NCBI GenBank assembly: GCA_964292295.1
Contig: CAXYVC010000048.1
Coordinates: 1-18,174, forward strand
Length of the DNA: 18,174 nucleotides
DNA from: an uncultured bacterium
GTDB taxonomy: Bacteria > Acidobacteriota > Holophagae > Holophagales > Holophagaceae
Direction of reading: 5' to 3'
Below the pieces are notes generated by a model. The model saw nothing but the letters and a program-made list of their open reading frames with translations. It had not been told where the DNA came from and ran no database searches. Positions 1-7,701 of this stretch are shown here, one piece after another. A program made the position numbers and the translations under genes. Position 1 is the stretch's first letter; each line of letters begins with the position of its first letter.

Positions 1-309
1 GGCTGCGCGGGCGACCTGATGGAGCCCCGGCCGGCCCTCACCGTCCTGCGTCCCGCCACGGAGGAGGAGACGGCGGGCCTCGTGCCCGGGCACTGGGTGG
101 TGGCGGCGCCGGAGACGGGACGCACCCACCAGATCCGCGTGCATCTGGCGAGCCTCGGGGCGCCGATCCTCGGTGACACGCTGTACGGCGGTGCCCCCGA
201 CGCCCAGCTCTGGCTCCACGCCTGGATCCTGGAGCTGGAGCATCCGGTCACGGGCGAGGCCCTGCGCCTGGTGGCGCCGCCCCGCCGCTTCCGGGCGCCG
301 GGCGCGTGA
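1..309 (+). CDS. Pseudouridine synthase, RluA family (C-terminal fragment; 5' end lies upstream of the window)
   Basis: Frame 1 is open from nt 1. The translation carries the RluA-superfamily C-terminal signature ...[28 protein letters not shown].... The ATG at 19 is internal, since a 96-aa product would lack the catalytic domain. Stop TGA 307-309 overlaps the ATG of the next gene (TGATG). Confidence 0.75.
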   Translation, partial: GCAGDLMEPRPALTVLRPATEEETAGLVPGHWVVAAPETGRTHQIRVHLASLGAPILGDTLYGGAPDAQLWLHAWILELEHPVTGEALRLVAPPRRFRAPGA

Positions 310-1256
310 TGCGCCTGCCGCTGCTGGTCAACCCCCGCTCGGGAAGCGCGCCGAAGAATCCGGAGGCGCTGCTGGCGCGGCTTCCCGCCCACCACCGCGC
401 ACGGGTGGAGGTTCTTCCCTTCGGCCCCCCCTGGGACTTCGCTCCCGCCATCGCCCAGGCCGCCGCCGCAGGCGGCCCGCTGCTGGTGTGGGGAGGCGAC
501 GGGACGCTCCACCACGCCGCGCGGGCCCTGGTGGCCGCGGGATGCCCCGTGCCCCTGGCCGCGGTGCCCGGGGGCAGCGGCAACGGCCTGGTGCGCGGGC
601 TGCGCACGCCCCTGGACCCGGCGGGGGCCGTGGCGCGGCTGCTGGAGGGCCGCGTGCTGCGCGTGGACCTGCCCCGCCTGGATGGCGTGCCCTTCCTCAA
701 CGTGGCGGGCACGGGCTTCGAGGCCGCTCTCGCCCACGCCTTCGAGGCCGCCCCCTCCCGGGGCTTCCGCAGCTACGCGGGCCTCGCGCTGCGCCTGTGG
801 CGGAAGGAGAGGCCGCTCGTCCTTCGCTGGGACGCCGCACAGCCGGAAGCCGCGGAAGCGCCGGGGCGCCTGGAGCGCCTGAGGGCGGCCTGGCGCGGCC
901 CGGAGCCGGCCCTTCCGGAGCAGGCCTGGAGCTTGGCCTTCGCCAACCTGCCGCAGTACGGCTCCGGTCTGTGGATCGCCCCGGGGGCGGATCCCACGGA
1001 TGGCGCGCTGCAGTGGGCGACCCTGCGCCGGCCCTCGCCCTTCGATCTGCTCGCCGAGCTGCCCCAGCTCTTCCGGGAGGGGGGGCGCACCCCCCTGCGC
1101 CAGGAGGGGCGCCTGCTGCGCGCTGTCCTCTTCCTGGAACGTCCCGCGCCCTTCCACCTGGACGGGGAGCCCGCCCCGGCCCGCGACCGCGCCGAACTGA
1201 CCGTGGAGCCCCGCGCCTTCCCCCTGCAAGTGACGGGCGGCTGCCCCTGGGAATAG
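309..1256 (+). CDS. Lipid kinase with diacylglycerol-kinase catalytic domain (YegS/BmrU/sphingosine-kinase-like)
   Basis: 315-aa translation with the DAGK_cat hallmarks LLVWGGDGTLHHAA and AAVPGGSGNGL. The start ATG at 309 overlaps the upstream stop by 1 nt, suggesting co-transcription with the pseudouridine synthase gene. Stop TAG 1254-1256. Confidence 0.7.
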   Translation: MRLPLLVNPRSGSAPKNPEALLARLPAHHRARVEVLPFGPPWDFAPAIAQAAAAGGPLLVWGGDGTLHHAARALVAAGCPVPLAAVPGGSGNGLVRGLRTPLDPAGAVARLLEGRVLRVDLPRLDGVPFLNVAGTGFEAALAHAFEAAPSRGFRSYAGLALRLWRKERPLVLRWDAAQPEAAEAPGRLERLRAAWRGPEPALPEQAWSLAFANLPQYGSGLWIAPGADPTDGALQWATLRRPSPFDLLAELPQLFREGGRTPLRQEGRLLRAVLFLERPAPFHLDGEPAPARDRAELTVEPRAFPLQVTGGCPWE

Positions 1257-1266
1257 GCGGCGCGGC

Positions 1267-2490
1267 TCAGGGGTCTGGCGCTGAAGGCACGGGTTTGGTG
1301 GCGCTTTCGGGGCAGGGGCGCCCGGTGAGGCGGGTGGCCAGGCGGTCCATGAGGGCCCGGGCGGTGGTGAGCTTGCCGCCCAGCACCAGGGTGAGGTTGG
1401 GCAGGGCGGGGTGCGGCTCCAGGCGGGCTTCCCGGCTCAGGCGGGCGGTGTGCCCCGTACCCGCCACCAGGGGGCGCACGCCTAGCTCACGGCCCAGGAC
1501 CGGCAGCTCCCGCCAGGGGATGCCCGGCATGGCGGCTTCCAGGGCGCGGAGCAGCTCCTCGGCCTCGGCGGGCACCGGTGGAACCCAGCCCTCCGCCACC
1601 TCCCGCTCCGTGGTTCCCACCAGCAGGCGCCCGTCCCGGGGGATGACGAAGAGCACCCGGCCGCCCCCGCGGCGCAGGGCCCAGGGGCGCTCGCAGCCAG
1701 GGAGGGCCGGCAGCCACAGGTGCAGGCCCGCGGAAAGGCGCAGGCGGGGCGGCGCCTGCCCGAACCAGGTGGCCAGCGCGCCATCGGTCCAGGGCCCCAG
1801 GGCGCAGACCCAGGCCCGGGCGCGCAGGAGGCGGGGTGTGCCGTCCCGGCGGTCCCGGAGCCGCGCCTCGCACAGTCCCTCAGGGCCTGTCGTGAAGCCC
1901 TCGACCTCGTGGAAGTCCAGCACGGGTGCGCCGCTGGCCGCGGCCAGGTCCCGGGTGAGGGCGCCATCCCAGGCGAGCAGGTCCGCGTAGGCGGTGGCGC
2001 CCCGGAAGGGGCCCCCGGCGCTGCGGGGATCCGCCCGGAAGACGGATGCGGGCACGGGCCCGAGGGCGAGGCCCTCGGGCCAGCCGGGGCGTTCGCGGCC
2101 CCAGCGGTCGTAGAGCCCGATGCCCAGGCGGTGGGCGAGGCCCTCCGGGCGGTTCCGGTGGGGCATCCAGAAGGCCTCCCAGCGGCAGCGGTGGGGCGCG
2201 ATGCGCGCCCAGGTGGCGCGTTCCTTCAGCCCCGCGCGCATCTGGGCGAGATCCCCGGTCAGGAGGTAGCGGATGCCCCCGTGGAGCAGCTTGCTGGACC
2301 ACTGGGAGGTGCCTCCGCCCACGGCGCCCCGGTCCACCAGCACGCAGGAGCAGCCCCGCAGCGCCAGCTCCCGGGCCAGCGCGGCCCCGTGGATGCCCGC
2401 GCCCAGGATGGCCACCTCCGCCTCCAGGCGCGCGCCGGGGTCCCACGGGCCAGGGGCGGGGGGCGGCGCGGGCCAGGCTGGGGAGGGCAT
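1267..2490 (-). CDS. glpD: FAD-dependent glycerol-3-phosphate dehydrogenase/oxidase-like protein (GlpD/GlpO family, short form without the long GlpD C-terminal domain)
   Basis: Rossmann motif AILGAGIHGAALARELALRG. Strong GlpD-type signature SQWSSKLLHGGIRYL followed by ...RIAPHRCRWEAFWMPHRNRP.... C-terminal GGKLTTARALMDRLA matches the GlpD GGKLTTYR region. The start is uncertain. ATG at 2490 has no SD and adds a Pro-rich low-complexity N-terminus. An in-frame GTG at 2415 is preceded by GGAGGcggag and would start the protein MAILGAGIHG. Confidence 0.7.
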   Translation of the reverse strand: MPSPAWPAPPPAPGPWDPGARLEAEVAILGAGIHGAALARELALRGCSCVLVDRGAVGGGTSQWSSKLLHGGIRYLLTGDLAQMRAGLKERATWARIAPHRCRWEAFWMPHRNRPEGLAHRLGIGLYDRWGRERPGWPEGLALGPVPASVFRADPRSAGGPFRGATAYADLLAWDGALTRDLAAASGAPVLDFHEVEGFTTGPEGLCEARLRDRRDGTPRLLRARAWVCALGPWTDGALATWFGQAPPRLRLSAGLHLWLPALPGCERPWALRRGGGRVLFVIPRDGRLLVGTTEREVAEGWVPPVPAEAEELLRALEAAMPGIPWRELPVLGRELGVRPLVAGTGHTARLSREARLEPHPALPNLTLVLGGKLTTARALMDRLATRLTGRPCPESATKPVPSAPDP

Positions 2491-2545
2491 GGCGCCAGGA
2501 TGCCAGAGCGGGGAGTCCGATGGGGCCTGGGTGTGTCGAGTGGGA

Positions 2546-3262
2546 TCAGGCTTCCAGGGACCGTCTGCCCCGGCGGGGCAGCCATCCCAGCAGGCACAGG
2601 CCCGCCAGGACTTCCCAGATGCCGAAGAGCTTCGCTCCGAGGCGGTTCCAGGCGAAGGTCCGCGGAACGCCGAAGAACTCCAGGTTCCCCACCGCGATCA
2701 CGCAGGCCACGCCGAGGGCCGCCCAGGCCAGGAAGCGCGGGAGGCGGCGCGTGCGGAGGCCGGCGATGCCCGTGCTGGCCAGGAAGATGGTGCTGAAGAG
2801 GAACTGGGTGTGCTCCGCCAGGGTCTCGCCCGCGTAGGTGTTGAAGGCCCGGAAGACGAGGTCCACGGTGCCCGGGTCCCAGGCGCCTCCGGCGCGCCAG
2901 GCGGCGAGCCTGGGGAAGAGCAGGGCGTAGCGCAGGATTCCGGCGAAGAGGAAGACGCCGCTCAGGGTCCCCGCCAGGCCCAGGCCGCCGGGCCAGGGAG
3001 AGCGCTCCTCTGTCTCCAGGGCCACCTGGAGGAAGCGGGCCGCGAACAGGAGGGAAAGCCCCATGCCCCCGACCCCGGCGTAGTAGAGGTACGGCACCAG
3101 GTGGCGCTGGGCATGGAGGCGCGGGAGCAGGACGGAGGGCTCCGCCCGGATGATGTCGGGGTAGCCGAAGTGGAGGGCCAGCAGGGGAAGGCAGAGCAGC
3201 GGAAGGAGGCCCCCGGCCAGGAAACACCAGCCGGCGGCTCTGCGGAATGAGGTTGCGTGCAT
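2546..3262 (-). CDS. Hypothetical integral membrane protein (multiple predicted TM helices; family not recognised with confidence)
   Basis: 238-aa hydrophobic translation with several 20-residue apolar stretches (LAGGLLPLLCLPLLAL, GVGGMGLSLLFAARFL, FLFSTIFLASTGIAGL, LAWAALGVACVIAVG). ATG at 3262 lies 5 nt after a consensus SD AAGGAG; an alternative GTG is at 3265. It sits 55 nt upstream of glpD on the same strand and divergent from the TetR gene. Confidence 0.55.
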   Translation of the reverse strand: MHATSFRRAAGWCFLAGGLLPLLCLPLLALHFGYPDIIRAEPSVLLPRLHAQRHLVPYLYYAGVGGMGLSLLFAARFLQVALETEERSPWPGGLGLAGTLSGVFLFAGILRYALLFPRLAAWRAGGAWDPGTVDLVFRAFNTYAGETLAEHTQFLFSTIFLASTGIAGLRTRRLPRFLAWAALGVACVIAVGNLEFFGVPRTFAWNRLGAKLFGIWEVLAGLCLLGWLPRRGRRSLEA

Positions 3263-3302
3263 CACGGCTCCTTGGATCCCGCTGCGCGGGCCTGGATAGA
3301 AT

Positions 3303-3331
3303 GCGAGTGAAGACTCGTTTTTTCGACTCGC
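3303..3331. promoter_or_regulatory. Inverted-repeat element GCGAGT-gaag-ACTCG-TTTTTT-cg-ACTCGC in the divergent membrane-protein/TetR intergenic region (candidate TetR operator)
   Basis: GCGAGT (3303-3308) is complementary to ACTCGC (3326-3331). An inner ACTCG (3313-3317) forms a second half-site. The T6 run is conspicuous in this GC-rich DNA. The element lies between divergent starts (3262 minus strand, about 3337 plus strand). Confidence 0.3.
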
Positions 3332-3336
3332 GTTCC

Positions 3337-4047
3337 ATGCCCCGCTCCCGCGTTCCCTCCGCCCCTGCGCGCCCCGGCCCCCGGCCGGGCGCCGGGGCCT
3401 GCGGCACTCGCGTTCGGTGTCCGGAGGGGCCTCGGCGCACCCCCCGCCAGGCCCGCTCCCGGGAGACGGTGGAGGCCATCCTGGATGCGGCGGCGTTCCT
3501 GCTGGAGACGGAGGGCTTCCGGGCCGCCTCCACGAATGCGATCGCCCGCCGTGCGGGGGTTTCCATCGGTTCCCTCTACCAGTTCTTCGCCTCCCGGGAA
3601 GAGGTCTTCCGCGCGCTCCTGGACCGGCATGGGGCGGAGGTGCGGGCGTGCGTGGCGCGGGTCCTGGCCTCGCCCTCGGGGGGGGAGGAACCCCCTGCGC
3701 GCATCCTCGCCCGGCTGCTCCGGGAGCTGGTGCGCATGCACCGGGGAAGGCCCGTCCTGGCGCACGCCATGGCCACCCAGCTGGCCCACCTGGCGACGGA
3801 GGCGGCGCGCCGGGAGGAGGGCGCCTGCATGGATGCGCTGGCGGCGCGGGTGGCCGCGGGGCTGGCGGTCCCCCACGTCGCCGCCCGGGCCTGGATGGCC
3901 GTGGAGCTTACAGCCGCCATGGCCCACCGCCTGGCCCACGATCCGCCCTCCGCCATCCCGGAGGGGGAACTCCTGGGTGCCTTCGAGGGGCTTCTGGCGG
4001 GGCTTCTGGGGGCAGGGGCGCCCGGCGGGCATGATGGAGACCTATGA
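3337..4047 (+). CDS. TetR/AcrR-family transcriptional regulator
   Basis: TetR N-terminal HTH: ...RETVEAILDAAAFLLETEGFRAASTNAIARRAGVSIGSLYQFFASREEVF.... The start is uncertain. ATG 3337 has no SD and gives a 40-aa Pro/Arg-rich leader. The ORF opens at 3247, but the 3247/3301 ATGs would place the palindrome inside coding sequence. Stop TGA 4045-4047 overlaps the next ATG (ATGA). Confidence 0.7.
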   Translation: MPRSRVPSAPARPGPRPGAGACGTRVRCPEGPRRTPRQARSRETVEAILDAAAFLLETEGFRAASTNAIARRAGVSIGSLYQFFASREEVFRALLDRHGAEVRACVARVLASPSGGEEPPARILARLLRELVRMHRGRPVLAHAMATQLAHLATEAARREEGACMDALAARVAAGLAVPHVAARAWMAVELTAAMAHRLAHDPPSAIPEGELLGAFEGLLAGLLGAGAPGGHDGDL

Positions 4048-5033
4048 CCGACTGCCTTCCGTCCTTTTCCATCGGCCCCGTGGTGGTGGATCCGCCGCTG
4101 GTGCTGGCGCCCCTGCACGAGATCACCGATGCGCCCTTCCGCCGCATGGTGCGCGAGGTGGGGGGCGTCGGGCTCACGGTGTCCGAGATGATCAGCTGCG
4201 AGGCGCTCATCCGGAATGCCCGCAAGGCCGAGGCCATGATGGCGGGGGACGGCGGGCGCCCCTTCGCCATGCAGGTGGTGGGCTCGGTGCCCACGCACTT
4301 GGCGGAGGCCGCGGTGCGCTGCGAAGCGGCCGGCGCCGATCTGGTGGACCTGAACATGGGCTGCCCGGCGAGCAACGTCACCCGGGGCGGCGCGGGCTCG
4401 GCCTTGATGCGGGACCTCCGCCACGCGGAGGCCTGCGTGGCGGCCGTCGTGCGGGCGGTGAAGGTGCCCGTGACGGTGAAGATGCGCGCCGGGTGGGACG
4501 CGGCCCAGAAGGAGCGGGGGGACTTCCTGGACTTCCTGCGCATGTTCGAGGCCAACGGCGTGCAGGCCCTCACCCTGCACCCGCGCACCCGCGCCCAGCA
4601 GTATTCGGGGGAGGCGGACTGGAGCCTCATCGCCCGGGCGGTGGAACTGGGGCCCGCCTATCCCGTGATCGGCAACGGCGACGTGGTGGAGGCGGAGGAC
4701 GCCCGGCGCATGCTGCGGGAGACGGGCTGCCGCGGCGTGATGGTGGGGCGCGGCGCGCTCTTCAATCCCTTCCTCTTCCGGCAGATCCTGGAGCCGGAGC
4801 TCACGGTGACGCCCGGCATGCGGGTGGACCTGCTGCTGCGCCTGCTGGAGCGCCTCCAGGTCGAGCTGGAGCCGCGGGAGGCCCTGCACAAGGTGAAGAA
4901 GCTGGGGGGCTGGATCACCAAGGGCATCCCCGGGGGCAGCACCTTCCGCCACCAGCTCCACGAGAAGAACGACCCGGAGGCGCTGATGGCCGACCTGCTG
5001 GCCCTGCGGGCGCGGCTGGAGGGCGCTCTGTAA
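4044..5033 (+). CDS. tRNA-dihydrouridine synthase (Dus family, DusB-like)
   Basis: 329 aa with Dus/TIM-barrel flavoenzyme motifs: LAPLHEITDAPFRRM, DLVDLNMGCPASNVTRGGAGSALMRD (catalytic Cys region) and VPVTVKMRAGWD. SD GGAG lies 5 nt upstream. The 4-nt ATGA overlap with the TetR gene suggests translational coupling. Confidence 0.8.
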   Translation: MTDCLPSFSIGPVVVDPPLVLAPLHEITDAPFRRMVREVGGVGLTVSEMISCEALIRNARKAEAMMAGDGGRPFAMQVVGSVPTHLAEAAVRCEAAGADLVDLNMGCPASNVTRGGAGSALMRDLRHAEACVAAVVRAVKVPVTVKMRAGWDAAQKERGDFLDFLRMFEANGVQALTLHPRTRAQQYSGEADWSLIARAVELGPAYPVIGNGDVVEAEDARRMLRETGCRGVMVGRGALFNPFLFRQILEPELTVTPGMRVDLLLRLLERLQVELEPREALHKVKKLGGWITKGIPGGSTFRHQLHEKNDPEALMADLLALRARLEGAL

Positions 5034-5080
5034 CCTTTGGGCGGGGACTCCGGTAATCCTGATGTGAGGAGCCTCAAGTC

Positions 5081-5623
5081 TTGGACAGCGCCGATGACAC
5101 GCAGCTGATGGCCCGCGTCCGCGTGGGCGACGGGGAGGCCCTGGCCCTGCTCTTCGAGCGCCATCAGGGGCCTCTGGTGGGCTTCCTGCACCGGATGACT
5201 GGTTCCGCCGGACTGGCGGAGGATCTGGCCCAGGAGAGCTTCCTGCGGGTGCTCCGCTATGCCCGCAGTTTCAAGCCGGAGGCGCCCTTCCGGCCCTGGC
5301 TGTACCGCATCGCCCGCAACGTCCTGGCGGACCACCGGAGTCCCCTTGACCTGCCGCTGGAGCCCCACGCCGCTTCGGTGCCCGCCGCGGGGCCCTGCCC
5401 CCATGCCGTGCTGGAAGCCACGGAGCGCCGGCAGCGCCTGGCCGAGGCTCTGGAGCGCCTGCCCGAGGACAAGCGGGAGCTGCTGCTGCTCTCCCGGAAC
5501 CTGGGCTACGAGGCCCTGGCGGAGAACTTCGGGTGCAGCGCGGGCGCCCTGAAGGTGCGGGTGCACCGGGCGCTCCAGGAGCTGCGGGCCCTTTTCTTTG
5601 AAGGCCAGGAGGTGCGGCCATGA
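5081..5623 (+). CDS. ECF (extracytoplasmic function) sigma-70 family RNA polymerase sigma factor
   Basis: Region 2 (LAEDLAQESFLRVLRYARSFKPEAPFRPWLYRIARNVLADH) and region 4 (LERLPEDKRELLLLSRNLGYEALAENFGCSAGALKVRVHRAL) signatures. TTG start at 5081 lies 11 nt after GAGGAG; an alternative ATG is at 5108. Stop TGA 5621-5623 overlaps the next ATG. Confidence 0.8.
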   Translation: MDSADDTQLMARVRVGDGEALALLFERHQGPLVGFLHRMTGSAGLAEDLAQESFLRVLRYARSFKPEAPFRPWLYRIARNVLADHRSPLDLPLEPHAASVPAAGPCPHAVLEATERRQRLAEALERLPEDKRELLLLSRNLGYEALAENFGCSAGALKVRVHRALQELRALFFEGQEVRP

Positions 5624-6327
5624 CGATGGAACCGGGGCCCTGCGAGGCCTTCCTCGAGGCGCTGGCGAGGGGCCAGGAACCGACCCCGGAGGCGCGGTCC
5701 CATGCGGAGGCCTGCCCCGCCTGCCGGGAGCTGCGCGACCTGTGGGAAGACCTGGGCGTCCTGGCCGACGCGGGCCCGGATTCTGGCCGCGTCGCGCGCT
5801 TCCGGGAACGCCTGGCGCGGGAGGGGCGGCTGCACCCCCCACGGCGCCTGCTGCGCCTCCTGCTGCCCCTGGCGGCGGCGCTCCTGCTGGTGGCCGGAGG
5901 CGCCTTCGCCGGCGGCTGGCTGCTGCGGGGCCCCGCGGGCCGGGATTCCGAGCTGGCCCTGCTGCGGCGGGGGGCAAGCGGCGCGCGGGTGCAGGCCATC
6001 GCCCTGCTGGGGGCCGGGCGGCAGGGTGGCCCTGACCTGGAGGCGGCGCTGCTGGAGCGGGTCCGGCGGGACGAGGCCACGGAGGTGCGCCTGGCGGCGG
6101 TGGAGGCGCTCTACCTCTGCGCGTCCGATCCCGGCCTTTCCGGCCGCCTGGAGTCGGTCCTGGCCGCCCAGGAACGTCCCGAGGTCCAGCTCGCCCTGGT
6201 GGACCTGATGGTGGCCCTGCGGGAGCGCCGGGCCGCGGAGGCCCTGCGCCGGGTGCTCGGCCGCGGCGGCCTGTCGCCCGAGGTGCGGGCGCGGGCGGAG
6301 CAGGGGCTGGCGGGCATTCCGCTGTAA
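5620..6327 (+). CDS. Anti-sigma factor: N-terminal zinc-finger (ZAS HxxxCxxC), single TM helix, C-terminal HEAT-repeat domain
   Basis: ATGA overlap with the sigma gene and a GGAGG SD 7 nt upstream. Motif SHAEACPACREL is the HxxxCxxC zinc anti-sigma signature. TM segment LLRLLLPLAAALLLVAGGAFAGGWLL. The C-terminus carries repeated E.VRLAAVEAL / RRAAEALRRVL HEAT/PBS-lyase-like repeats. Confidence 0.65.
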   Translation: MTMEPGPCEAFLEALARGQEPTPEARSHAEACPACRELRDLWEDLGVLADAGPDSGRVARFRERLAREGRLHPPRRLLRLLLPLAAALLLVAGGAFAGGWLLRGPAGRDSELALLRRGASGARVQAIALLGAGRQGGPDLEAALLERVRRDEATEVRLAAVEALYLCASDPGLSGRLESVLAAQERPEVQLALVDLMVALRERRAAEALRRVLGRGGLSPEVRARAEQGLAGIPL

Positions 6328-6387
6328 CGGTCCCGTCCGGAAGGGGTAGTCATGGATGCGGGGACATCCCGCATGGAGGGAAGTCCC

Positions 6388-7701
6388 ATGAACCGGAAGC
6401 TGAAGGTCGGTCTGGCGATCCTGGGCGGCGTGGCGGCCTTGCTGGTGGCGGCTCACCTCGTGGAGAACTTGCGGGGCAGGCACGCCTGGCGCAGCTGGAA
6501 GCGGGCCCGCCTGGCCGCCGGGGACCGCTTCGAACCGGCCGCCTTCGCCCCGCCCGCCCTGCCGGAGGCCGACAACTTCGCGGCCGCACCCCTGATCGCC
6601 GAGACCGTGCAGGGGCGGCGCCCCGGGCCCCAGGTCCCCTCCGCGCTCGGCGAACCCCGCCTGATGGGCAGCTGGCGCGAGGGACGAAGGTCCGACCTCG
6701 CGGCCCTGAAAGATACGCTGAAGGTGCAGGACCTGGACGCCTTCCTGGCGCCCTACGGGGTCGAGCTGGAGGCCCTGGCCGAGGCGGCTCGGCGCCCGGG
6801 CTGCCGCCTGCCCGTGGACTACGGCGCGCCCATGGCGGTTCCTCCCCAGTGGCTGGGCATGCGCGCCCGGGCGCGGCTCCTGGCCCTGCGGGCCCTCGTG
6901 CGCCTGGAGCAGGGGAAGTCGGAAGCCGCCCTGGAGGACGTGCTCACGGGCCTTCGCGTGGCTGGTCGCCTCCAGCGGGAGCCCCACCTCATCACCCAGC
7001 TCCTGCGCCTGGCCTGGGCGAACATCCTGTTGCAGCCCGTGTGGGAGGGGCTGGAGGCGCGGTGCTGGAGCGCCTCCCAGCTGGAGCGCCTCCAGGCGGC
7101 CCTGGAGAGGGTGGATCTCGTCGCCTCCTGGCGCCAGGCCGTCCTGTACGAAGGCTGCGGAAGCGTGTCCAGCTTCGAGGCGGTGGTCGAGAAGAACGCC
7201 ATCCTGCGGGGCTGGGCCTACCAGAACCTGGTGCGCATGGGCGGCTGGTGGTACCAGAACGCGGAGGTCATGGATTCGGTGCGGCACCGCTTCCGTCCCG
7301 AGGCCGAGGAACCCCTGAGGCGCATGCTCCTGGCCAGGAGGACGCCCTACACCTTCATGCTCGAATCCTTGCCCGCCATGTTGGGCCAGAACCAGCGCAT
7401 GGCCCGCACCCAGTCGGGGCTGGACCAGGCCCGCGTGGCCTGTGCCCTGGAGCGCTTCCGCCTGGCGAAGGGCTCCTATCCCGAGCGCCTGGAGGCGCTG
7501 GTACCGGGCTTCCTTCCCGAGGCGCCGGGCGACGTGATCGAGGGCCAGGCCCTTTGCTACACGCGCTTCCGTCCCGACGCCTTCCGGCTCTATTCCCCGG
7601 GGTGGAACCGCCAGGATGAGGGCGGGCGCTTGGTCCTTGAGGCGGGGGGCAGGAGCGATCCGGGCAGGGGCGACTGGCCCTGGACGGGGTCTCAGAGGTA
7701 G
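6388..7701 (+). CDS. Hypothetical signal-anchored (N-terminal TM) protein, likely exported domain; family not recognised
   Basis: MNRKLKVGLAILGGVAALLVAAHLV is a charged n-region followed by a hydrophobic helix. SD GGAGGG lies 8 nt upstream of ATG 6388. An alternative ATG at 6352 is also preceded by GGAAGGGG. It lies immediately downstream of the sigma/anti-sigma pair. Stop TAG 7699-7701 overlaps the 3' end of the convergent NlpC/P60 gene by 10 nt. Confidence 0.5.
   Translation: MNRKLKVGLAILGGVAALLVAAHLVENLRGRHAWRSWKRARLAAGDRFEPAAFAPPALPEADNFAAAPLIAETVQGRRPGPQVPSALGEPRLMGSWREGRRSDLAALKDTLKVQDLDAFLAPYGVELEALAEAARRPGCRLPVDYGAPMAVPPQWLGMRARARLLALRALVRLEQGKSEAALEDVLTGLRVAGRLQREPHLITQLLRLAWANILLQPVWEGLEARCWSASQLERLQAALERVDLVASWRQAVLYEGCGSVSSFEAVVEKNAILRGWAYQNLVRMGGWWYQNAEVMDSVRHRFRPEAEEPLRRMLLARRTPYTFMLESLPAMLGQNQRMARTQSGLDQARVACALERFRLAKGSYPERLEALVPGFLPEAPGDVIEGQALCYTRFRPDAFRLYSPGWNRQDEGGRLVLEAGGRSDPGRGDWPWTGSQR

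Noticed and set aside
19-309. ATG at 19 as the start of an independent 96-aa gene
   Set aside because: The frame is open from nt 1, and the sequence is the conserved C-terminus of RluA-type pseudouridine synthases, so this is a 5'-truncated gene rather than a small ORF.
173-1990. 605-aa plus-strand ORF spanning the DAGK and glpD regions
   Set aside because: The translation is Arg/Pro/Gly/Ala low-complexity with no motifs. It overlaps two ORFs in other frames that carry clear family signatures (GGDGT/GSGN lipid kinase; GlpD HGGIRYL). It is a typical high-GC frame artefact.
5034-5080. Possible autoregulated ECF promoter (GTAACC ... CGGTAAT) upstream of the sigma gene
   Set aside because: The resemblance to GGAAC-N16-17-CGTC-type ECF promoters is too loose to support without orthologue comparison.
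6529-6535. TCGAACC / GGTTCGA T-loop-like heptamer that might indicate a tRNA
   Set aside because: It lies inside a coding region and no surrounding cloverleaf (acceptor or anticodon stems) is evident. It is most likely a chance match.
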